Shown piece by piece: positions 48,061 to 59,946 of a stretch of 64,000 bases of DNA (its first letter is position 1; the number at the start of each line of letters is the position of its first letter). A program made the position numbers and the translations under genes. A model generated the notes under the pieces. That model saw only the letters and a list, made by a program, of their open reading frames with translations, made no database searches and was not told the origin of the DNA. The DNA comes from Bigelowiella natans CCMP2755 (lineage: Eukaryota; Protista; Cercozoa), in contig ADNK01000875.1 in assembly GCA_000320545.1 (NCBI GenBank), forward strand, positions 318,559 through 382,558. The letters run 5' to 3'.

Positions 48061-50032
48061 GTCTTCCTTATCATATTCCAAATTCATCTGCCACCATCGG
48101 TTTTCCTTCCACAGTGCAAATTGCCGATTTTGCTTTATTCATTGGCGTGAGGAGAGACAGGCTGTCGTTGGAACGACGATGACGGCATCAAAGCCATGAT
48201 GAATTTACTTAGCTATATATAGAGCACTCTTTTCGATCCTCCTGCTGCTGCTGCAGCACACAAAATGTAGTAGAGCAGCCGTTATTTATTGCCGTTTGCA
48301 AATAGGCGCGATGGAGGATGGGTGGGCCTGAAATCTCTGGTAGGGAAGCTGCCACCAAGGTTGTGTCGCATGCTGTTACACATGTGTACACACACACAAA
48401 CACACACGCGCGCGCGCGCGCGCCAATGTGCGTGGAGGGGAGAAGAAAAGCGGAGGATCCCCATGATCAGTTGTATCAAGTGATAGTACACTACCACAGA
48501 TAATGATGATACTGAAAATAGGATTACCATTTCCTCGCAGGTTGCGCTGCTTACGGGGGTCATCAAAGATTCTCCAACGAGTCGTCAATCGCTCGGTGAG
48601 TGTAGCAGACAATAGCTCAAATTTTGTACACGTTTTGACTAACGTCTATCTGTTACTGCTGCTAGAAACTGGTGGAGATGGACGATAGTGGTAAATACGC
48701 TCGGAGGAGGCAGCCTTTACCTCACTCGCGAGGAGAGGTTTCCAAACGGTGATGAGAGAACGATAAAATGGTGAACCAGTCGTTTTGGGAGGATAATTAC
48801 GATGATGACTGTTGCGTAGGTCCTACACAGCTTCTCACTTGAACCCCTCAGAGGCTGCTGCTTATAAGGTAGAGAGCTACTATTGCTTATCACCCCCATT
48901 CCCGCATTAGTCTACTACTTGGCGGATATCATTCGCATTATCAGTTTCTTCCTTTTTCCATGTATGTCTCTGCATCACCCCCCCTCCTTTCAGTCCCAGT
49001 CACTCACTCACTCATTCTCTCACTCACTCACAACCTTATCATCAAGGCTGCCGGGGTTCTCGCATGGAGGATTTACGGAGGTTGGTTAGCAGTAGTGGGG
49101 GCAAGGAAGCAATGGCAATGGGTGACAGCCTCCCGTGCTGTAAAGCAGTGATGTGGTTTTATGATTATCATTATCTTGTTTGTTGTCAGGAGAGCTTCAG
49201 GTTTTGATGGGGATTGACAAGGTAGTGGTGGTGGATGCGGTGGTAATCCTTGTTGCATCTGCTGTTGTACTACCGCTTTTGCAACCCGTTTCTGCTTCAC
49301 GATTCTCTCCAATAATATCAAAGGTTGGGGGGAGACGACTCAACTTTCTCGGCGGTATCAGAGACCGAACCGATGTAAAATTCTCATCATTAAACACGCG
49401 CCACAAACACACAGATGTCCTTCATGAATGGTTCTGGCCAGGTTGATGTTGCGTACACGGCCGTGAGGGAATTCGTGGAGGAATCGGTTAGCCGTGGATC
49501 TGTTTGTGTTACTGTTGGCCCCCAAAGGGGAAGGAGTGAAGCAAAAATGTGATATGCGTGCTTTCTTGCCATTATTCCGTGGTAGGGCGGGTTCCTCACC
49601 GAGGAGATGAAATCGAAGATGCTTGGCGAGTTCAGGCGGTAGGCGTTATTATCACAATAGAGCCAACCCTCAAAAAAAAAGAAACAATTTTTGAAAAAGC
49701 ACATCACCAGATTCGGGCTTGCAGTGTAGCGTATTTAACGAGATAGTTGTCGTAGTAAACGTATGGCTACGAATTACTTGAAATCGTGCAGAACAACGCC
49801 CAGAAAAGTGTATGTAGCAGGAGAGGTCACCATCATACCACATTACTACCAATATTCACCGGAAGTTTCTATCTCAGGGGGGGGGGAAGCTCGGAAAATT
49901 CAACGGGTAAGAAAGGAAGCGGGAGATAACGATGACAGTGCAGCCATCCTTCGCTCTCCTTCCTAGTTTGAGCATGCTGCTGTTCGTAACATCGCCATTT
50001 CTTTCTACATTATTATGCTTTCTTTGGTCCAA

Positions 50033-50067
<35 letters not shown>

Positions 50068-50850
50068 AACTTACTCTCACAGCAGCAGAAAGCAGTAACT
50101 TGAAGAGGGTTCTCTGGTTCGCGGAGTCCAGGTACTACTACTACAACTATACTACTACCTCTGCTACTATTTGCATCCCTACTACAGCTACCAAACTATA
50201 TATATGATGGTGGCTTAGGTAACAAAATGACCCCTTTCTTTCCCTGAAATTTGCACCTTTTAATCTCTCGAAAAACACCGCCTTGATGATGTCACTACTG
50301 CTTATTACTACAACATCGTAGATACGCTCTCTATTTTTATCGATGGCCTTACTTTGATCTGACGCCGTATTTCAACCGGAGACCAAGGGGGGAAATGGAG
50401 GTAGCGACGTTCGAGAATATGGCATTTCTCGCCTTTCACATTATATTGATCTCTATGAATTCCAAAAAATGTAGGAGCTCATGTGGGTGTCTCTCTCCGA
50501 ACTTGTATCCTCACCAACAACGGTAAAGATTAAAGAAAGAATTTTGCCTCTCAGGTCGTTTTGGAAATGCTTAAAAAAATAGCACTTGCATAGCTAGCAA
50601 GAACAGACCTTGATTATGGTCCACTTTTTTGGTTCACAGAGGGTTTTCTGTGGATATTCTACGAGATGAAAAAATGAAGTCACAGCTAGCCGGACTTGTA
50701 TCACTAACACCAATGGATGATACACATCGTTACAAAGGCCGGAAAGCTACTCACCCGAAGTTGTTACCACAGAACCACTGTTCACTTGCCCTCTAGTATA
50801 TATAAATTGATAGAGATGTAACAGCTGGAGATGGTGAGTATATCCGACGC
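44889..50850 (+). CDS. Multi-exon protein: possible signal peptide + two La motifs + C-terminal Nudix hydrolase domain
   Basis: In-phase splicing gives La motif 1 IQNE|AEWYMSGYHIMHNASRLRAMIQQTP|GGWVPLNNIVTRTRIKAITR|DSELVVTALKLKSMSSKVLEIHENGQ|FVRRREPLPE; La motif 2 RIQEK|VEYMFGDQYLLSHTQYLSRLQ|RDGGWVGLKSL..|LRCLRGSSKILQRVVNRS|KLVEMDDSGKYARRRQPLP; Nudix AAGVLAWRIYG|GELQVLMGIDK|VGGRRLNFLGGIRDRTD|VDVAYTAVREFVEES|GGF..ELMWVSLSEL. Both gene ends are approximate. Confidence 0.75.
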
Positions 50851-51954
50851 CGTGTTATATGCATAAAGCTAAGCTTTGTCTCAGGCAATATCAACTTTAA
50901 AATAGTATCATCTAAAAAGAAAAGTTTGGTTCCCGACGTATTTACAAATCATTTTTTAAATCGCGTACTTTCCACAGCGATGTGTGAGGCAGGATTTCGC
51001 TTCTGCTCTGATTCTGTATCCGCGATTGATCGCGCAACAGCGCCCATATCACAAGATTGAGTGAGATAGACAAGCATCACGATTTTGTTCCTATTTCGGG
51101 ACGCACGCTTGCTTATGATACGCTCGGTGTCGATATAATCCTGCGGCTCAGGCATACGTTCGCATGATGGTAGCATGACTTTGACTTACATGCTGTTACG
51201 CATACGAGATGTGGGTTGTAGCTTCTTTCATAGCTTACACAACGTAACCGTTCTAGCGTTGCTGCGCATGAGTCACGCACGAGCACAAAATTTATGCATG
51301 ATGGCATCTAAAGCAGATTAACTGTGTTGGTCTGTACTGCAAATAATGTGGTGTATGTGTGTGTGTGTGTGTGTAGATATCTAGATTTCAGTCATGGCGC
51401 CATATGAATAATTAATAGCCGGTGTATTTTATTTCAATACCAAGAAAATATCTACGAATAACCCACAATTATGTTCGCATTTTGGTATTTATATGCAGTC
51501 TGCTGCTACATGCTCAATATTTTATTGTTGGGGCGTGGCATTCATGGATGCGGCATTATTTATGTAAAGCTAGCAGCTGTTATGCGCAACGTATTTCAAT
51601 GTACCTACATAGAAGCACACGATGTGCACACAAATCGCAATACACTCGTCATATTTTTTGTGCGGAAGATATATTTAATTTATGTTCTATTCAAATTACA
51701 TTCAAGTTGGAGCTATTCAGAAGGAACGGCTGACTGGACTGATAATATTACCTCTAATTTGTATTATTCTGCGGTACAGGATATTTACGCTTAAATGTTA
51801 TAGACAAGGATTTGGACTACAGAAGCCAAGGTACACCCTAGCTATAGGATACTTGTTCACATAAGAAGGCAATAGTCTCCAAGAGTTAATAATAAAGATC
51901 TCATTCGGTGATCATGTACTCGGGAATAAAGAGATGCTTACGGTAGGACCGTAT

Positions 51955-53200
51955 CTAAAAAAGACTTACGGTGGTGAGTGAGTTGTAAGCTCGCTTGGTT
52001 CCCATTCGATAAGGTAACGAGCTAGAATTAGTTCCTCCCATAATACCGCCGGTAGCCATGCTTATTGGTAAGGCCCTGTTAGCACGCCCATCGGGGCGTT
52101 TCATGTGAGAGCTTTGAATACTTGACAAGCCTAATTCCTCAAATTCTTTTCCACTGGAGAGCCTAGGAAAGTTTCTTGGGTTTCGTAGGGCAATGCGGCA
52201 CCAAGGGGCTTGCTTCCATTGATCACTGTCGTCGTACACAACATGACAGGTTCTGTCTCTCTTGTTCACGGCAACCACCCGGGCCGGAAACAGGGTATTT
52301 CGTGTTTCCATGGTGTTGTAAGGAGCAGCCACGAAGTCGCCTACCTGTAAACCCCCTCCATGCTGTCGCCTTCTGGGCGTGCTAGTTTCTGTCGTCTTCG
52401 AATTACACCTGCTAGCCGTAAGTGTACGGTTCCGATCATCTTCGATTTCCTCTCGAATGCTTTCACCTTCGGCCTCATTATGGGTTAACATCGCGTCCAT
52501 CGTAAAGCGGTGATCTAGCCAAAGACGCAGTCTAGCTACGAAGTCATTAGATATTCTGCGCGCTTGGGTACCAGTTGTAGCCAGGGGCGGCATCGCGTTA
52601 AGCACTGCCGCGTCGTGTGAGTACTGCCCATTGAGGTTCAAAGCTGACCGGTTCAATTCAGTTTTCAGTGCAAGTATGGTGGAACCGTCAAGGACTAAAC
52701 CGCTCCACTCTCGTTTCAGTTGCCCGCCGTTGTAGCTATTATTCAAATATCTAACGAGCGCTCCTATAGTGGCCGTGTCCATCCGTCCTGTTACCGAGGG
52801 AATTGCAGTAAGAAATTGCGCACTTGGCTCGCATTGATCGCACTTATCATCATCCTCATTGCTGATCCTCCAGAATTTTTTCCGGCAAAGCCAGGTCATG
52901 GGTGGATGTTGGTCTCCGAAGGCACGATGTGTGGGATTGAGAGCGCGAGTGAATAGAACGTACTGCAGGTTCCGTATGATTGTTGGTGAGAGGACAAAGC
53001 TGTAATCCAATATTATTGCAGCAAGATCGGAACTTAGCCTTTGTCGCAGTATCTTGTGTGCTTCTTGTGTGGCGTCCGGACACCTTCAAAATGTAAAAGT
53101 TTAATTCAAACCAGTCACTCTGTATTCGTCAAAATTGAATCATTTCGGAATCCCCAGCATGTGAAAGACGCAAAATTTGTCATAGGAGATAGTGGAGTCG
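51955..53200 (-). CDS. Hypothetical protein with a Tudor-like barrel; one long exon (51955 to ~53083) and a probable short 5' exon
   Basis: 351-aa ORF containing LQVGDFVAAPY..LFPARVVAVNKRDRTCHVVYDDSDQW. The frame extends upstream as HKILRQRLSSDLAAIILDYS to an AG acceptor. Confidence 0.65.
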
Positions 53201-53649
53201 TAGAAGTAGGTTACCAGAGCCATTCATCAGTTGGTTCGTCGCTGTGACTCATCGAACGTGTGCGCAATTCGTGTTTCGACCCCAAGACTTTGGTCCGATA
53301 ATGGTGGTGGGCGGGTTTCTAGGTTTCAACAGGGTCACTAGCCCAAGAGAGCAACACGAGACGGAAATCATAGGATGTTTACTTCGTGCGCCTTGATTTC
53401 GAAATTTGTCGCAGTAGAAAAATTGGCAGAAATTAAAGAAATTCCGGACGGACCGAAACTTGATATCACTGTTCCGCTCCCTTCCGGGGGGATGTAGTGC
53501 GCCAACTAGGGTATCCAAGAGGACTTCCGGGGAAACACCAAAAATATTATTCTTAGATTCCGAAATGACATGACGGTGCCCAAAGGCCTTCCACTCTCTA
53601 AGACAACACCCAGAACAAGACGCAACATTAAATTAGACATGATTTAACT

Positions 53650-54609
53650 TAAACTGTGTTCCAAATTGCATTAGAAATGTCATTGGTGTGTCTGAAAGAG
53701 CGTCTCGTGCAATTTTGCATGAAGAGCCAGATTATGGTATTTTCAGCATGTTCTAGCTTTTCAGTGATCTCATTGCAACTAAGGGAAATTCTCCCAAACA
53801 ACAAACAATGGGAAATGTGGGTATGTTCAGGTACCGTACTCATCATTCGTGTCGGACTTGAAACTAATGAAAAGTGATCGTGACAAGCGCGTGCGAAGCG
53901 AACCCTGGCACACGACGTGCACCAGTGCGTGCAACGTGCACACTGTTTGTTGTTCAGCTGTGTCCGTGCTGGCATGGTGGAGGTTTCCAAGTGCACACAC
54001 ACACACACACACACACACACGTCTAGACGCACAGAGATGGATGCACGTCACTGACTTGTTGCAACACGCACTCCAGCTGGTCCACTGTGTGTGCGCGACG
54101 TGCTGGCAGGCGGTATCAACCTTTGATCGTGCACTTTGTGTGTGTGTGCACAGAGCATGTGTCAAAGGTCTCGTGCGATGTGGCACCACGCACGTGCACG
54201 TCGGGTGCCACTGCTTGAGCCAGCCTTGTGAGCATCAGAACAAACAATGTGATTGCTGTGCACATGCACATTGCTGTTGACAATCATTGCTCCAGTCCAG
54301 CAGTGCTGGTGGTGGGAGTCAGAGCGATCGAGATGTCGTTTCAAGGGAAACACGTGCAGAGACAGACAGAGCACACATTGCAACAAGCGCAGTCAGTGAC
54401 ACGTGCACGTCTCCATGATGTGCGTCATGGCGTCCGTGCACATGCGTGCATGTGTGCGCGTCCAGCGAAAACAGACAAGACACGTGCGCATGCTGGCATG
54501 CGTGAAAACGAACCCAACCATCATTTGCGCGATTTGTTTGCGTTGTCACGGCATGCACACGCGCACTGCCACATAGATTGTCTCCGTGTCCACGCGCCAG
54601 CACGGTCCA

Positions 54610-54644
<35 letters not shown>

Positions 54645-54930
54645 ATGTGTGTGTGCAGTCTGCAGCAGACACGCTAGCACGCACACGCGTCGAACGTCCA
54701 CCACGGAGGTTCAGCGTGACAGCATGACAGCATAACATCCTTAGTTTGTGCTTGCTTGTACAACACTGAAACACGCTGGCACGTGCGTGCTGTTGCCCAC
54801 ACACCTAGACATGTGTGAGCCAGAATCATCGCAAGCTGGGACGACGCCATTCATGCGGCAGGCACATAGGCATCACGCAGATGGTGGTGCGGTGTGTGTC
54901 TAGCTCAGAGGCAGTTTCATTGTCATGCTG
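53650..54930. other. TpA-depleted, CA/TG-rich degenerate island (decayed repeat or transposon-like DNA)
   Basis: Hand count gives 3 TpA dinucleotides in 53881-54660 (780 bp), with CpG abundant. The overlapping His/Cys-rich ORFs arise from loss of TAA/TAG stops. Confidence 0.8.
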
Positions 54931-55393
54931 AAGACATCATGTGCTTCCATGGTTGGAGGTCAGAGACTCTCGCTGATGTCTTTGCTGGCGTCTTCTTTCC
55001 TCCCTAGCTTTTCGTCTCATTTCCACAGCAGCTGCTCTTGAGCTGGCTTCTGCAGGTTCATTTTCCTTCTCAATCTTCTTGCTTTTGCCACTCATTGAAC
55101 TTCTAGGCATCCCATTCGATTCTATCTTTGCTTCTTCACTTGGTGGTTGAGTTTTCTTTTTCTCTATGCTTTCACTCTCACATTGAGCTTGAAGCTCTGC
55201 TAGCGTAGGCGTCTCTTTCGGCTGGGTCTGATCCTTTGACAGTATTTCTGATACATGTCCGACCTGTTGTTATCTAAATTAATGGTTACAGAGGGAAAAA
55301 TTGGCATATGATTCTTACGAGTTTATCCAGCTTAGTAAGCATAGATTCCGAATCTGACCCTTCATTCTGAAATATTAAGTCAATTGAAGTTGA

Positions 55394-55437
<44 letters not shown>

Positions 55438-55950
55438 GCTGCGGACTGCGGACCGTAATGTTCGGAGACTGTTTCTCTTTTGAATCAGCATCATTCCTAA
55501 TACAATACAATCAAAAAATATAATGATATAACTGTTCGAAGTGAATTTAACATAAACTGATTTATTACTTGTATTCCGGTTTCAGATTTTCCTTTGCAGC
55601 ATACTGAGCACCAGCAGGATAGTTAGGCACAGATATCGTTGCTTAATATTTTGAATCTATACTTACGGTATGACTAGGGCTGGCTGCAATGGATTCAATT
55701 GCTTTACGTTTCTGCATTTGAAGTAAATTAGCAGGGGTAGGCTATCGTAACAGACTCAAGGTTTCACCAGGAAATCATGGTAGGACCAATGAATTCGGCA
55801 GACGTCAGGGGTGAACAGAAAAGGATCGACAAATCTCGTTCTTGGATCACTGCAAAAGATAGATGCATCACTAATACTGAATTTGGTTTTGAGGAGAACA
55901 TCGAAGGGATAGTGGAGTTTGCACCTCAGCATGGAGACATAACGGATCAT
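54930..55950 (-). pseudogene. Possible decayed or unresolved gene fragment (E/K/R-rich)
   Basis: Coding-like text (ELQAQCESESIEKKKTQPPSEEAK; AAAVEMRRKAREERRRQQR) split between frames and interrupted by stops; no family recognised. Confidence 0.3.
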
Positions 55951-56467
55951 CGAACGTGAAATTTTCTCAAAATCAAACGCATGTTTTCTGCAGTAAATAG
56001 CAAAGACCTAATTAACAGGGAATGGTACACAATTGTAAGTCAAACGTCAGTATAAGATTAAAATGAGATTTTCCGACAGATTCAAGCTCTGGAGTCCAGC
56101 AGACACGTCGCTTCGCTTTTTGCTCCCACAATTCCATAATTGTAACCTACAAAGATATTCTTAAATATTACACGGGTAGCAGTATTGGTTGCTCACTATT
56201 GATCAACTACCTGTTCAGATTTTTGGTCGAAGACGTGGACTCTCAAGAGGGGGATCGTGCAATGGCGGGGAAGCGTTTCCGGAATGACTAGTTAGCGGGC
56301 GTTTTGTTTGGAGCTTTCTGGTTGTTGTTGTAATTGTTGTAATTGTTGTACGGATGATCATTTCAATCGAAGAGATATGTCCCAAAGCTATCAAGTTTTA
56401 AGTATACGTCATGGAAATGAAGATGTCGTAATCTGTATTTGAAGAGCAATTTCTGAATAAGTACCTT

Positions 56468-56555
56468 TCTTCGCTTCTTTTTCAGTCCCGCCTGCGACTA
56501 ATCTTTCTTCTTCGGTCAGCGCCTAGTCGCAGGCGGCACAGAAAAAGGACGAAGA
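56468..56555. repeat. Inverted repeat / hairpin (arms about 33 bp, 23-nt loop)
   Basis: tcttcg..ctttttcagtcccgcctgcgacta pairs with tagtcgcaggcggcacagaaaaaggacgaaga. Confidence 0.85.
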
Positions 56556-57256
56556 TCTGTTTGTGCAAAAATCTGATTGCGACTTAATTTTGGAGCGTCC
56601 GGAAAACACAGATACAGGCCATATTCGGTGTCAATCTTTCAGTTTGGCATTTGGTACAATGTTAGGCTAATTTACATAAATATTCGATAATTGAACGAAA
56701 AATATCTATAATTTCACATCATTTCCGTATTTCTAGGGCTTTACTTGCCTTTCATTTTATTTCTATGACTGAATATGGATCCTTTCCTCACGCAATGTGA
56801 ATATTTCATATCTAACTTACTCCAATGAATGCAGAATTTATTTATAAATCATTATATTTTGAATATACGACAAGAAATAATAAGCTAATATTAGTATTTT
56901 GGAACTGAAGGTGACACTCCCGTGAGTAATTGAAACTTATTGTTCAGAGCCCAAGCTTGCGAGCCAATCCTCCATTCCTCCAAAACATCAAGGTGTCTGC
57001 ATATATGTGGCATCCATGCGTAGAACTTTATTGTTCCAGATATTAAAAGAATATAGGAGCGTTAGTGAAGATGACAACAAGGATAGAAACTAAAAGAAGT
57101 GTAAGGGGCTGAAGATTGGGCGAGGAGGAATAAGCTGGCGCCAATTTTGCTTAGTTGATTTTTCTTTGGTTGTATCATATCAAACTCAAAGGGTCTCACG
57201 ATTATCTTGTTATCGATTTCATCTAAAATTTTATACGGTTCCCTCTAATTCCGTAG

Positions 57257-59378
57257 ATGTCGACCGCTGACCAGAAAGAGACCAAGGATGAACAAGTTAA
57301 TGACGAAGACTTAGCTGACTATGAAGATGATGACGTTGAGCAGGAAGTTAGCGAAAAGCCAAAGGCCAAAAAGTAACAACAATTGCAATTCTTTTGTAAT
57401 TTAGTTTCTAAAGTTAACCAAATCTTAGGGGAACATATGCCGGAATCCACGCGACTGGGTTCAAGGATTTTGTTCTGAAGGCTGAAATTCTGCAAGCGTT
57501 ATCTGATTGCAGTTTTGAGTCTCCGTCACAAGGTTTAAATTGTTGTTTCGTGCCTTGGTAATTAGTAGTATTCTAATTCGAAAAAATTTTCCAGTGCAGC
57601 AAGTCTGTATCCCACAAGCGATTCAGGGTCATGATGTGATCTGTCAAGAAAAGGCAGGAATGGGAAAGACAGCTATTTTCGTTCTTTCCACCCTTCACTT
57701 GATTCGTCCTGAAAAGGACGAAAATGGCAAGAACATCATTGATACCTTGGCTTTGGTTCCCGCTCGTGAGCTTGCTCACCAAATCAACAAGGAGTTCAAA
57801 AGATTTGGGGTCTACATGGAAGGAATTGAGAGCGAAGAAATCTATGGAGGAACTAGCATTAGGGAGCACCGCACTTTGTTCAAGGAAAAACCTCCACACA
57901 TTGTCGCCGGTACTCCTGGACGTGTCAAGGCCCTCGTCAAGGAGGGATCCATGAAAATCGACAAATTGAAGCGCTTCATTCTGGATGAGTGTGATCGACT
58001 CTTAGCTGAAACAGGTGGCTGACCAAAATGAATTTCGACTGAAGGATTCTGCTACGCCTAGCTACCTCTGAAGCAGCTTTCTTTTCCTCCAGATATGCGC
58101 GCGCAGGTGCAGGAAATCTTCATGGAGGCTCCTTACGAGAAGCAAGTTATGATGTTCTCCGCAACCATCTCGAAGGATGTGCTCCCTGTTTGTCGCAAGA
58201 TGTGTACTAACGTAAGACCCGACAACAACACCACAAAAATACTTCAGCAGTCGCATGAAATCCGAGAACGAGTGGTTCCAGTCCATTCCTAACATAGACG
58301 GCCTTTCACAACACGGAAAAAGTTGTGTAGGGGATATTTGAGGGATATAAACCACTGTTAAAAGAGAGGGATGAAGGATATAGCCGAAATTTACATGAAT
58401 TTTGAGTCTCCATCGTGTCCATCCTCCCAATTCTTGTGGCCGCAGTGATCCATCGATATTTTCGCGCAATTTTAATCCTCAACGCGTCTCGAGTGTCCAT
58501 CCATAGAATTTGCACTAGGGCCGCAGTGTACTAGCGAAATTTTCACGCCATTTTGAATCTCAACGCGTCTAGCAATGATACCATTCGCTGTGGAGTGCAC
58601 CAGATGTTTTCCAATGTCTCCGATTATCTAACTAGTCTATTCTGAAGTCTGAGTATCCTTCACAGCTCCGCGCTTCAGTACAGCATATAATTTGTATTTC
58701 TATTTGTTTCTCTAGCCCCAGGAATTCCTCGTTGAAGCTGAGAACAAGCTGACCCTCCGAAGTTTGTCGCAATACTACGTGAAACTCGATGAAAAGGAGA
58801 AGAACAGGAAGCTCACCGACCTTCTGGATAAGTTAAAATGGAACCAGGTTGTAATTTTCGTCAACTCAACCAGGCGCTGCAAGGACTTGAACATGTTATT
58901 GAACGAAGTCAACTTTCCTTCGATGGCCATGATGGGGGCAATGAAGCAGACAGAGAGGTAAATTTGAATTATATTTAAATGTTTAAATTTTTGAAGAAAG
59001 CATCTTATTTTTTATGTATTAGAATCGACTTGTACAACAAGTTTAAAAGGGGAGATAAGCGGCTACTTGTCTCAACTGATGTCTTCGCTCGTGGTGTTGA
59101 CTTCGCGGGGGTAGACTTAGTCATCAAGTAAGTGACCTCTTTGAATTGCGAGACTATTAGACGGAATACTGATCCTTACGATGTTTTCCAGCTATGATAT
59201 GCCTGAGAGCGATGACACTTACTTGCATCGTGTTGGACGATCTGGTCGTTACGATACGAAGGGAACAGCTATTACATTCCTGTCTTCGGAAACCGACTCT
59301 GAGGTTCATGCGAAGATTCAATCTCGTTTCGAGGTTGCTGTGAATGAGCTTCCAGATGAACTTGATATGTCAGCGTAA
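57257..59378 (+). CDS. UAP56: DEAD-box (DECD) RNA helicase UAP56/DDX39/SUB2, about 7 exons
   Basis: [102 protein letters not shown] short extra 3' exon is possible. Confidence 0.93.
58386..58572. repeat. Degenerate ~80-bp tandem repeat within the long UAP56 intron
   Basis: The unit gtgtccatcc...ggccgcagtg...cga(t/a)attttc...ctcaacgcgtct occurs twice, with a partial third copy upstream. Confidence 0.75.
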
Positions 59379-59582
59379 ACTCGGGGCGTTTGATGTTTGC
59401 ATCCAATTTACTCCATCATTATAGATGATTAACCCCATCCAAATCTAGAAGTACAATAGCTAATTGTCTAATTTGAGATACGTCAGCATATGAGGATGTG
59501 TCCTACGTATAGTACATTTACCGCAGCATGCATGCTAGCATGATGCCTATGCGTGGCTATGGCTGCGGAGGCACACAAAATG

Positions 59583-59701
59583 TGTGAGACGGATGTAACG
59601 AATCGAAAAAATATTACACTTTTCAACACGCAGTCATCGTGATCTTTATTAATGTATTCAATGTATAGCTATCTAGCTATGCAAAGCAGTGGCTACACCG
59701 C
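59583..59701 (+). repeat. Dispersed 3'-flank element, copy D
   Basis: tgtgagacggatgtaacgaa...tagctatgcaaagcagtggctacaccgc is the reverse complement of copies A and B, with internal insertions. Confidence 0.75.
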
Positions 59702-59946
59702 GTATCATGCACATCTAGACATGTGCATGTGCATGCTATGCTATATGAGACTAAGTAGTGCGATGCGCTCGAAGTCATATCAAAATAAAAGCAGCCTAGC
59801 TAGCTAGCAGCGCTAGCTAGAATGTTCGACCGCGCTGGCTAGCGCGCGTTGCCTGCGACATGTGGCATACAACACATCGTCTATAACACTCTAGCACTAC
59901 TAGCTACACTAGCTAGCTAGCTAGTACGTACTAGCTGCTAGACATC

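Noticed and set aside
48300-48720. Tpt1/KptA phosphotransferase reading of DGGWV
   Set aside because: The flanking VEYMF and RRRQPLP fit a La motif, and no HGT catalytic motif was seen.
53649-54804. Overlapping His/Cys-rich ORFs resembling metal-binding proteins
   Set aside because: Open frames on both strands follow from TpA loss (few TAA/TAG; Tyr codons replaced by His/Cys codons).
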